A DNA stretch of 63,127 nucleotides, the filler included, from Choristocarpus tenellus KU-1152 (Eukaryota > Protista > Phaeophyceae): assembly GCA_964200185.2 (NCBI GenBank). It is 11 parts of 11 records of this genome, joined end to end, with 100 filler letters (N's around TTAATTAATTAA, not from the genome) between each part and the next. Parts side by side here need not be neighbours in the genome. Positions count along the whole stretch, not along the records: positions 23,609 to 30,135 come from CAXNAD020007934.1; positions 30,236 to 33,272 come from CAXNAD020022778.1; positions 33,373 to 37,184 come from CAXNAD020017785.1; positions 37,285 to 41,725 come from CAXNAD020014542.1; 7 more parts are not named here. One strand, 5' to 3'. This document shows, one piece after another, positions 26,485 to 37,329 of the stretch. The notes beneath the pieces were generated by a model. The model was not told the origin of the DNA. It ran no database searches and saw only the letters and a list, made by a program, of their open reading frames with translations. Made by a program: the position numbers and the translations under genes. Position 1 is the first letter of the stretch, and every line of letters starts with the position of its first letter.

Positions 26485-26837
26485 CTATGTTAGAGGGCAC
26501 GAGTTTTCGCTGATTATCCTTTGGGGCTTGGCTGCCCACGGGTTTTCAACGACATTGTACTTACTCAGAAATGTTTCAGATTCGATGCTCTATGTTAGAG
26601 GGCACGAGTGTTTTGCCAATTGTCCTTTGGGGCTTGGCTGCCCACGGGTTTTCAACGACATTGTACTTACTCAGAAATGTTTTGGAGAAGTACAATGTCA
26701 ACATTATGGAAAGGAGTGTTCGGGAAAAGGACATTGACATTTCCAAACAATAAGGATGGCAAGAATTACAGCAAAAGTGCAACAATTGAATTCAGTCGCC
26801 AAATGGACGCGGCCCTACCCCTAAGATATTTCGACCC
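26480..26837. mobile_element. Degenerate MITE subfamily B with its left ~103 bp tandemly duplicated
   Basis: TATGTTAGAGGGCACGAG..TTTGGGGCTTGGCTGCCCACGGG occurs twice (26486, 26591); right end AAATGGACGCGGCCCTACCCCTAAGATATTTCGACCC. Confidence 0.7.
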
Positions 26838-27202
26838 ACACTCATGATACTAACCCTAGCCCTACCAAAATAAATCGCCTACATTTTGAACACTAATCCC
26901 AATCCGCCATTCACAGATTTCACTTTGCATTGAACACATCAACAACGTAGAATCAATTCAGCGGCTTTCATCTGAAATGGCTATAGCGAATTCAACCGAA
27001 CCTTTGTCCGAAATTGGAACATGTGTTGCAGTCACATATGTTGGGAGTAATCAGACCACTGATCCGAAATAGAAGCAACATCCCGCGATGCAATTTCTCG
27101 CACCACGAAATCCGTCTGTCCAGGGTGACGTGGTGACACCTTTGATACATACGTGTAAGAGCTCCGATACCATTGGAACGTTTCCGACAAGGTTCGGATC
27201 GG

Positions 27203-27830
27203 AAATGGACATACGCACCCCCCAACCGTCTTGCCGCGCTTTGGAATTTGATGGCCTTTACCGTTCGACAGAACACATCAAATTCATTCATCACTGCCTG
27301 CCTTATGTCAAGCACAAACCTGCGCGTGGTTGCCCTCCCGACATCCAACCCGGGTCTGCGTGTAAATTCCTTTCATTTTCATCTTTCACTTTCACAGTTC
27401 GACGTAATGTTTTCCTGCTCAGGTTGTTCGTATTTCAAATGGACACACACACACACACACACACCCAACCGTCTTACCGTGCTTTGGATATTGATGGCCT
27501 TTACCATTTGACAGAACACATCAAATTCATTCATCACTGTCAGCCATATGTCAAGCATAAACCTGGGTATGGTTGCCCTCCCGACATCTAAACCAGGTCG
27601 GTGCGTAAATTCCTTTAATCTTCATCTTTCACTTTCGAGACTCGATGTAATGTTTTCCTGCTCAAGGTTACTCTTTCAAATCGATACACACACCCCCAGC
27701 AGTCTAGCCGCTCTTGGGATATTGATGGCCTTTTCAAATTCACTCGTTACTGTCTGCCCTATGTCAAGCACAAACCTGTGCATGATTTCCCTCTCTACAT
27801 GTTACCTTGATCGGCGCGTAAATCCTTCCC
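27203..27830. repeat. Degenerate ~240-bp tandem repeat, ~2.6 copies
   Basis: Units start at ~27203, 27437 and 27678 (AAATGGACA..CCCAACCGTCTT..TTGATGGCC..TATGTCAAGCAYAAACCTG). Confidence 0.8.
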
Positions 27831-28259
27831 GTCTGTGTCCGGTATTGGTGCGTTCTCATATTCAATATTCATCCCATGTCGACCGGGTTTACCGTTCAAT
27901 ACATATTAGTAAATAGCGGCCTTCGAGGAAAGCACTACGCTCTCTTCATGTCCACAGCATCGCTACGCCCTTTTCATATCACGTTTGCAGAGCCCACGCA
28001 TGGACATGAACCTTGTACTCCGTACAGATCCCGTCATCATCAATCACATAGTCCATCACTGTTAGTACAAAAACACCATTGCTGTGCTCGCCTAACAAAA
28101 GCATCCACCCCTACGTCGATATCCTTCTCATTTGCTGATGCCGTTGTCCTGACATTTTCCCCTCTCTACCTTCACAGACAGTCGGCGGGAGGCCCAAGGA
28201 ATCATGAAGACCAAAAGACGACAGACTTTATCACGTCGAACCTCAGCACAACACATACG

Positions 28260-29248
28260 ATGGACCTGGCCACATCTGACTTCTTGTCACGGAGGTACAA
28301 TGCCAGCCTTCTTGACAATGGTAGAGTGGAGTCTATGTTCTCGAAGCGGGGGCCGAACACAAAGGTCGCAGCCGATAGGCTCGCGGGGATCCTGAGTGGG
28401 CAACCTTTTTCACTGTGCTTGAGATGACAAACCATAAGCGACTTCAATGCCGATATGTGCAGGGTAAACATGCTCTCTAGTTTGCCCGATGGGGAGCTAC
28501 TTGCGAACTACATCGCCAACGCCTAGCTTGATGTAAACGAGACTGGTGATGCCAGGGATAAAGACAATGACGACAACCTCTTGTTTTTCCTTAATGGACA
28601 ACACTGCATAATGATGTTGAGGACAATCGAATGCATCGCGAAGGAGGACAATGTCCCATGTGGCATCAACCTCCTGCCCCACGTTACAATGTGATGGGGG
28701 CCTCAGACGTTGGAGGAAACCTCCAGATTGGCCATCACAGGAACTTCATGTGGAAGGTATTTCCACACTGCAGCCAGGAAAAGGCTGAATCAATTTCCAT
28801 AGGAGAGAATGTTGCAACCAGTAGGTCGGATGTGCCCAACATTCTCGACATATTCCATTGGATGGTGCCTTGGGTTGCCGCCATCCTGGAGTATAGGCGC
28901 AACTTCAGGTGCGACAGTTCCCACCCCTACGTCCAGGAAACGGAAGAGGACTCTAATTGTCGCACGCGCATGACGATATTGGTCACCAGGTGCAACCAAT
29001 ATAGTCTTGGAGACATAGACTTCCGGAGTGCCGACGTCACATTACAGACGGCTATTAAGAGGAGGGTAGCTGCCAAGATAAAGGTATTCCTCAAAGAAGC
29101 TTGGGAGGACACACACATGGAAGCCGGGGTGAGTAGACTCACCGACCAGACCTCCGTCCAGTTCTTCAACGCAATCGCCACCCTTGTCTACATATGCGCG
29201 GGAGAATGTGACATTCTTGCGGCTCCTTCCACAGAAAACGATTCGTGA
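28260..29248 (+). pseudogene. Intronless decayed ORF with ParB/Srx (DGQHR)-like motif
   Basis: One frame MDLATS..RYNASLLDNGRVESMF..FFLNGQHCIMML with in-frame stops, then a frameshift into the 28631-29248 ORF. Confidence 0.35.
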
Positions 29249-29338
29249 AACGATTATGTGAAGCATCGCCTATCTTTCGTTGCCCGTATCAATATTAATT
29301 CCGCGTCAGTGATCCAACCAACCCAATCCCTTTCTTCC

Positions 29339-29743
29339 CCTCACTTATGTTCCACCAGAGATAAAACGAACTGGAGATCCTGTTGAAACATTAGTAAAGC
29401 CCTGAGCTACTGAGCAGAAAGTGAACACGGTGTGTGTAGAGATCACACGAATATCTCCTCCATAGTTCAGGGGTTTACTAATGTTTCAACGAAAGCTACT
29501 CTCGTGGGATCGAATCTGGCCGAGATCACATCCGTCAAAAGGCTATATACGCCGCCAGGATACACATCCTTCAAAAGGCTAAAACACGCCGCCAGGATAG
29601 ACAACCGCACATTAGTAAATACCCCGCCGATGCCGGTCACTGATTAGAGGAATAGCAACCCTATCTGCTCGGTAGCTCAGGGGTTTACTAATGTTTCAGC
29701 AGATCCTACTCGGTGTGTGTAGATGGGTCAAGTGTAAGTGAGG
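29339..29743. repeat. Imperfect inverted-repeat (MITE/foldback-like) element
   Basis: GATCCTGTTGAAACATTAGTAAAGCCCTGAGCTACTGAGCAGA (~29376-29418) is inverted at ~29663-29705; third partial copy at 29461-29490; outer CCTCACTTA/TAAGTGAGG. Confidence 0.55.
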
Positions 29744-30300
29744 TGCAGCCATCCCCACATTTGTACATCCAATACCCCATCACTAACGGTCTAACAACAC
29801 CGTAGCAACCCCTGCCTTCGCATACTGAGTTGGAATTAACGTTTTATACATGTGTAATGCTATCAACCTTATGGCATACGCCATTAACCAACAGACACAC
29901 TCCCACTCCCACTTCTTCTGTCCTGATCATGTCACCTTATCCTCCACACACCCAACACGCACCTGACTGGGACAAATTCGACTTCAGAGCGGTTCACATC
30001 TTCACTGTGCTGTGATACACTAAATCGGACGCCACCATCGAATCCCTCAAGAACAGCAGGGGGTTCATGTTCGATTAGACTCTTGCAACTCTATCGGACA
30101 GTTACGGTAAAATATCTATGGAGTAATGGAACAATNNNNNNNNNNNNNNNNNNNNNNNNNNNNNNNNNNNNNNNNNNNNTTAATTAATTAANNNNNNNNN
30201 NNNNNNNNNNNNNNNNNNNNNNNNNNNNNNNNNNNCGTTTTCGCAGAACAACCATCCTCATAGTCCCGCTCCATCCTCAATTTTGAGAATCCCCTGTTAT

Positions 30301-33272
30301 ATAGAGATGCCCTACTTATTCTGTTTCCCTGGAATCTATAAGGTTAGGAAGTCCAAGAAAACTAGGGACTTCGTGTTTGAGGCAGACTCAGATATGGGAG
30401 AGAGCAAATAAGACCCAACACTGTAATTATTCAAGGTCCGCACACCAAACGTTGCCACAACACCGTAAATACTCAAGGTCAGTACACCAAACGCTGCCAC
30501 AATCCTGTAAATACTCAAGGTCAGCACACCAAAAGTTGCCACAAGCAGGACATGTAACAACTGTTGCATCTGCTCTTTCTTTTTCCCCACAACCAATTTT
30601 GGACGTGGGTGACATGCCTGTTACATCTCAAATGTGTTGTTCCACTTTATCATATTGTTGGCACACATCAGCAGTCCAACACTATTCTAACTCCCCTCGC
30701 GTGCTAAATGTTTCATCTCACCGCGTAAGAATTCCTGGGTATGTTGAAAATGAACCTTTAATGAGCATTACTGTTGATACTGCTTCTGACATTCCAGTAA
30801 TACCTCTCAGATACATTGAAGCCCATCCAACACTTTGCAAGGCACCCATTCGGGAGATTCCAGCAGGCGCTCTGAATTTAAAAGGAGCAGGTGGTAGACC
30901 TCTCTCTGTTAATGGTTTCATTCAATTTACGCTACAACTTCGTGACATATCAATGCCTGTCCAAGCAGTGGTCATACCTAATCTGGGAGTAGATAAAATT
31001 TTGTTGGATAACAGCGTTATGTCGGAGTCAAAGTATCTTAGAGGGTAGAGCCGCGTCCATTTGGGGACCAAAATCCAATGTTGGAATTTTGATGTAATTT
31101 TGGCTATCATATTTGTTAGGAGATGCCAATATCCTTGTTCTGGACACATATTTTCATAACGTATGCATTTTATCTACTCCGAAACATTTCGGAGTAGGTA
31201 AAATGTCCTTAAAGACCCGTGGGAAGCCAAGCCCCAAATGGACAAACAGGGAAAAACTCGTACCTTCTAAGATACTTTCACTCTCGGCATTTGGGGCAGT
31301 GCTAGATTGGGATAGAGAGGAGATGTCATTTAAAGACAGTGATCAATGCATTCCAGCAAAACACAAAATCGTACCCCTTCCCATCTGTTCCCCTCCAAAA
31401 GATTCAATACTCCAGTGTACACAGTAAAAAAGATATTCCTTCCCCCTGGCACGGAAACGCTTGTTCCAGTTTGTTCTCAGGCACTTCGAGGAACAGCTAC
31501 CGATGCAGTAGTGGAACCTATCATTTACACTGGCACAGACCTCCAGCATGAGGACGACATACATCCCCACTGGCAACACATAATGGTCAGTCGTACCCTC
31601 ACTGTTTGGGAAGAAGATGGAGGATGTCTAGTCAAAATTGCCAATTTGTCACAAAAAGGGATCAAGTTACCAGCTGAGTTTGTAGTTGGTCATGTTTCCC
31701 CTGTATCAAAAACATATACCTTGTCAGACACCACAGTAAGTGCAGTTGCAGCCACACCATCTACCCCTGAAGAACTGAAACGGGCTAGGAGGGAATTGAA
31801 GTTGTTTTTTTCTAAGAAGGCTTTTACAAATGCTCAACTGACACTGTCTGAACAAGAGGAATTACTAGATATAGTGGCTAAATTCAGACCAGTCTTTTCA
31901 TTGTCCGAAAAAGAATTAGGTTGCTGTACTACTAATTCTGTTAATTTTCCACTACAACCAGGCACTAAACCGGTTAATAAAACCACCCTATCGCGCGGCA
32001 CCAAAATTACGCGACACTATTCGACAATGCGTAACTGATATGGAGAATCAGGGTACGATAAAAACCCTCATCTAGCCCATGGGCATCCCCTGTTACCATT
32101 GTTGCCAAACCAGATGGATCACCTCGATACTGTGTGGATTTTAGAGGAACCATAAATAAACATTTGATACGTAATTCATGGCCTTTGCCATCCATGGATG
32201 AGTGCTTATCCACGTTGGGGGGTTCAAAATATGTATCTTGTTTAGCCTACTGGTAACTACCGATCACTGATGAATGCGAACGATAAAAAGCTGCCTTCAT
32301 CACGCCGGATGGGAAATATGAGTTTCAGAGGTTACCATTTGGAGTACAAAATGCACCGTAGATCTTCCAACACTTTATGTCTGAAACCTTTTCCAGGATC
32401 GGTCCTAGGTCAGGGTTGTTGATATATTTAGACGATATTATTTTAGCCTCTCCATCATGGACACACCATAGACAGTTGATCACTACAGTTTTGTCAATGT
32501 TACAAGATGTAGGGGTTACGTTAAAGCCGTCCAAGGCTCAATTTGGCTCAAAACAAATCCATTATTTGGGATATGATGTTAGCTCACAAGGAATTGCTGT
32601 ATCCCAAGCTCGTGTTGAAGCTATATTAGAGATGCATCCTCCTCAAACTGTGAAAGGCTTACAATCGTTTTTAGGTTCAATGAACTTTGTTAGGAAGTAT
32701 ATTCCCCACCTAGCAACAGCAACAGAACCGTTGGTTGAATTGATTCGCCATACACAAAAAGTAAAGTCATACAAAGAGTCCACCTCAGTAAAAGACCACA
32801 AGGATATCTCATCTAGATGGAATCGACCACAGCAGACTGCTTTTGACGAATGCAAACGACTGTTATCAACGGCTCCAGTGCACTTTCCTGATCTTTCAAA
32901 TGATTTTTTTATTCGCGTAGATGCCAGTAATGTTGGGACAGGGGCATTTTTAGCACATAAAATTGAAGATGACAATTTTGATATAATTGCATACCATAAT
33001 GCCTTACTTTCCCCCTCCCAACGTAAATATTCTGACACACAAAAAGAGTGCCTTGCTGTTATTCTGGCAATCCAACATTGGAGACCATATATTTGGGGTA
33101 AACATTTTACAGTTATCACTGATCATTCAGCCTTACGGTGGCTGCATACGATGCAAGATACGTCCAATCTGTTAACTCGATGGGCCTTAGCTTTGCAAAG
33201 TTTTGATTTTACCGTCCTTCATAAGCCTGGCAGATTACATTACATCCCAGATATGTTGTCACGTCCTCAACT
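30301..33272 (+). mobile_element. Ty3/gypsy LTR retrotransposon pol (PR-RT-RNase H), decayed, no LTRs in contig
   Basis: Protease TVDTASDI; RT SPWASPVTIVAKPDG..CVDFR, RLPFG, YLDDII; RNase H VDASNVGTGA, ECLAV, TDHSAL, HKPG; order PR-RT-RH; frameshifts and stops. Confidence 0.92.
31025..31283. mobile_element. MITE subfamily B inserted in the gypsy protease
   Basis: TIR GAGTCAAAGTATCTTAGAGGGTA ... TACCTTCTAAGATACTTTCACTC; TSD TCG; excision restores LDNSVMSAFGAVLDW, matching the second gypsy copy at ~49742-49786. Confidence 0.92.
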
Positions 33273-33372
33273 NNNNNNNNNNNNNNNNNNNNNNNNNNNN
33301 NNNNNNNNNNNNNNNNTTAATTAATTAANNNNNNNNNNNNNNNNNNNNNNNNNNNNNNNNNNNNNNNNNNNN

Positions 33373-34330
33373 TTTTTAAGGGCCACTTTTTGAATGAGAA
33401 TCCATGCCGAAGGTGGTAGTAGGACATACTTAATTGATCTTGTACGTTTCCAATGTCCAGAAACCAAAAGGTCAAAAAAAAATGACGCCCTCCAATTTTT
33501 TGAGATACAAAATCTGAAATTGTTGGACATTTGTATTCTTAAAGAGTGAGACTATCTAAGAGGGTACACGATAGCCAAAATTACATCAAAATCACAACAT
33601 TGTATTTTGACCCCCAAATGGACGCGGCTCTATCCTGTAAGAATATACTTCGGCTCTAAAAATACTAGAGACGACAAAAAGTGGTTCTTGAGTTTCGGTG
33701 ATTTCTCTTTCTGTTGACAATTAATTGTGTTATATGAAAAAAGGAATATCGAACAGCATACGATTACATATTGAAAAGAGACAGAGAGTAAAAGTTTTTT
33801 GTGACCTTTTCGTTTCGTATGTTTGAAACGTATTAGATCAATGAAGGATGTGGTTTCTATCTGTATTTGTTGGTGTAAAGATTAGAATATCATTCTACTT
33901 TTGGAAACCGTTGAACACTCAGAACACGTGCGTTAGGGTTTTTCCAAAGTATATTCTTACAGGGTAGAGCCGCGTCCATTTGGGGGTCAAAATACAATGT
34001 GATTTTGATGTAATTTTGGCTATCGTGCACCCTCTTAGATAGTCTCACTCTTTAAGAATACAAATGTCCAACAATTTCAGATTTTGTATCTCAAAAAATT
34101 GGAGGGCATCATTTTTTTTTTTACCTTTTGGTTTCTGGACATTGGAAACGTACAAGATCAATTATTTCCTACTACCACCTTCGGCATGGATTCCCATTCA
34201 AAAAGTGGCCCTTAAAAAGTGCCACAACATTTACAAAAAAAAACATATCGGCACTTTTTCTGCACCATTTTCGGTCAAAACCATCCTCAATAGTACGCGC
34301 CATTCTCAATTTTTAAAATCCACTGTTATT
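33373..34330. mobile_element. Foldback-like composite of family D with ~280-bp inverted arms
   Basis: 33373-33653 is the near-identical reverse complement of 33944-34218; each arm contains an internally deleted subfamily B MITE. Confidence 0.8.
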
Positions 34331-35476
34331 TGGGGTTTCAACCCCCCTTCTATTTCAACTTTATCTGTAAAGTTGGTGTCGATGATTCAGAAGTCCAGGT
34401 GGCATGCACTACGGACTTGCACATTTGTTAACCTACTTGTTGCTATACCACAAAACCGTCGGAAAATCAAAACGCTGTGGCAAGGCTTTATTGCAGGTCA
34501 ATACCAAGGTGGGTTCAGAACAAGATTCGAGGGTGGATGCCTACCGATAAGCAGTGGTGCAGCTACACCACTACGCGTAAGAAGCAAGGAAAAATATGAT
34601 GCAGTGCAGGCAGTTGTTGCGCAACTGTTAGCTGCTATTATAATATGTACATGTAGTAGGTAGTATTAGAGGTAGTGCAATGTGTAGTTGCCCCTGACAT
34701 TATTGACTGGGATGGCTAAAAAGTGACAAATATGAACAATAGATAAAGTCCGACGATATTGGACAGATATGCTTAAACATTCTTGAAAAAAGTATGAATA
34801 TGATAGATGGAGTCATGTGAATCTGATGCAGGGAACAGTTTTAGTGTTGTGAATCAAAACCGTAAATTAATGGGCATACGTTATATCGGCAGCAAAAAAT
34901 TAGCATAATCAATAATGTTCAAGGTGTTTCATCAGTCCAGGCGATGGCCATGGACATGTTGAAAAAGTTGGAGGTCATGCATGGAACAGCCCCAGTAGAA
35001 TATATTGGTACTGGACCTGCCAGTACTTCCATCATCTTGACAAAGTTGATGGTCGTATAGACTAACCCTGGAGAAGGACACCTTAGTACCAGACAGGCCT
35101 ACGACCTGGTCAAGGTCAAATAATTGGTGACCATGCAGAAAAAAACATTTCTTACTTCTCCAACCTGGTCAAGATGAGTCAGACTGACCCAATATCAGGT
35201 CTACAGACTGGTTATATTCCAATATATGGTGGACCTGGTCTGGACATGTCAGAAATATTGGAAACGATATGACTAATTGTCTGATCCCTTCACATTTTTG
35301 CCTGACTGACCTGATGAAAAGCTCTGATCTTACTTCTTAGAAGTACTATATGATACTACGCATCTAGTAAGATTTGTAGTAGATGTACTTGAAACGCACA
35401 TACAGTACAGGAGTTTAGGCGCACGAATCGCTGGGCTCCACAAGGAGACCGCAGAAGGCTCGATCACAGTGAAAAT

Positions 35477-35749
35477 GCCTCCAAGTATCTGGGGGTGGCG
35501 GCTGACCATTCAGGGCAAGTTTTTTCATGTCGTGATTTTTGGGTGAATTTGGTTGCATGCGTCAGATGGATAATGTAAGTTCACTTCTCTTGTTCAGGGC
35601 CCGAATGGACACCCTGGTGTAGACGCCCCGCACGCCCCCCCCGCCCCCCCCGCTCGCCCACAACCACTTCACTACCAAATCCCCCCCNNNNNNNNNNACA
35701 CCCCCGCGTGGCCCCCCCCCCCCCCCCCCCCCCCCAGATACTTTGAGCC
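35477..35749. mobile_element. MITE subfamily A (spans a 10-N gap)
   Basis: GCCTCCAAGTATCTGGGGG ... CCCAGATACTTTGAGCC; TSD AAT. Confidence 0.8.
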
Positions 35750-37329
35750 AATTTGCAGTACCATAACACCCTTCCCCAGCTTATCCTTTCTAAACAATAC
35801 ATAAAATAGCAGGTCAAGAACATACTGACAACACATAGAAACCACCTCCCACATAACCTGTAACTTCAACCTTACTACAACTACAAATATATGATACAAT
35901 GAAGCTCTCTTCATCACCCTTCCTTCTACACATGCTCCGGAGGACATACTACTATCAATGGGGACAACAACGACTACTACACACACCACCTGCAAACTTG
36001 ACACAATATAATAGTGTCAACGCATATCTTCAATGCATCAAATTTACACATTATTGTTACTGATGATCTGAATGGTGTTAATATCTGGTTTTGATACACA
36101 TTATTGTTATATTCCATAATAGATACACATTATTGTTTATGTAGTATGTACTACTAGGTATTTGATTTTGTGACCCTTTTGTAGATGAACCTGAGAATTG
36201 TTGTTGTGAAAAACGACAGTTCAACTGCCTTCAACTCAATTGATCAGACTAAGCGCAACTAATCTGTAGAAGTTCGGTTATTCGGTTATCTTTTCTTTTG
36301 TCACAATACAACTAGAAGTGTGACTAATGAACATGTCAGAGGTCACAGAAACACATATCCTTCCGAGGTGTCACTACCCACATCTCTCTACACATTAAAT
36401 TGTTCATCTGCTTTCTGACACCTATCGAGGCATTGGAGTTTTTGCATCACGGAACCACAGGCCAGACTTGGCAATCTGTATGCTTACACACTTCAATTCG
36501 ATTCATCTCCATTATTAATCGGAATTCCTTCTATTGGCGATTTGATCATAATTATTGGTCATGTGGAAGTGTCAAGGCGCCAAAGGTCTCTGTAGAAGGG
36601 GGGGAACACAATCACCAGACTGAAGAAACCGAGTTTCAAAGGTCTTGCCTCAGCATCCCAACGTCAGTTGAGAAAATTCAGAACAGGACCAAAACTTTAG
36701 TGCACGACAGATGTCAAAGTATGACTGAGCAACATCACAGCAGGAAAATGGATCAGTCAGGATCCGGAATGGATCTTGGTTTTGATAGTCCTTCTGATTG
36801 TTTGATCAAATCCGAATCTTACGGGTGTGTCTAGTTTTGTAGCCGATATGGTCAAGTTCGATGATGGGGTTGGAGCGCGCCATATCCACAAAATATGTGT
36901 GGGAGATCCTAAAAAAGAGACCTGTCCCTGACGGTCGTAACTTCTCTCCGTTCACAACAACAGTAATAAGAACTTGTGAAACAGGTGGAAATAAGCCGAC
37001 AGGTTTACAGAAGGGGAACGGGAAGACCCACAGGAGGAAAGGAAAAGGAGAGTGACAAGACAAGAGGGAGAGAAATCCCTCAGATCATCACTCAGTAAAA
37101 GAGTGAACAAGTGGAGAGCGAATGAGGGGGGTTTGCAAGGTCCCATCCAACCACCCGTTGTTTACCTCAAGCAGATGTTACCTTNNNNNNNNNNNNNNNN
37201 NNNNNNNNNNNNNNNNNNNNNNNNNNNNTTAATTAATTAANNNNNNNNNNNNNNNNNNNNNNNNNNNNNNNNNNNNNNNNNNNNGGGGGGGGGGGGGGGG
37301 TGGGGGGGGGGGGGGACAGAGTTTGGTCA

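Noticed and set aside
33373-34663. Two ORFs beginning MSNNFRFCISKNWRASFF as duplicated genes
   Set aside because: They are translations of the two arms of the inverted repeat; no coding features
36400-37184. ORFs of 144 aa and shorter as a gene or transposase
   Set aside because: No motif or consistent splice structure that I could support; probably decayed TE
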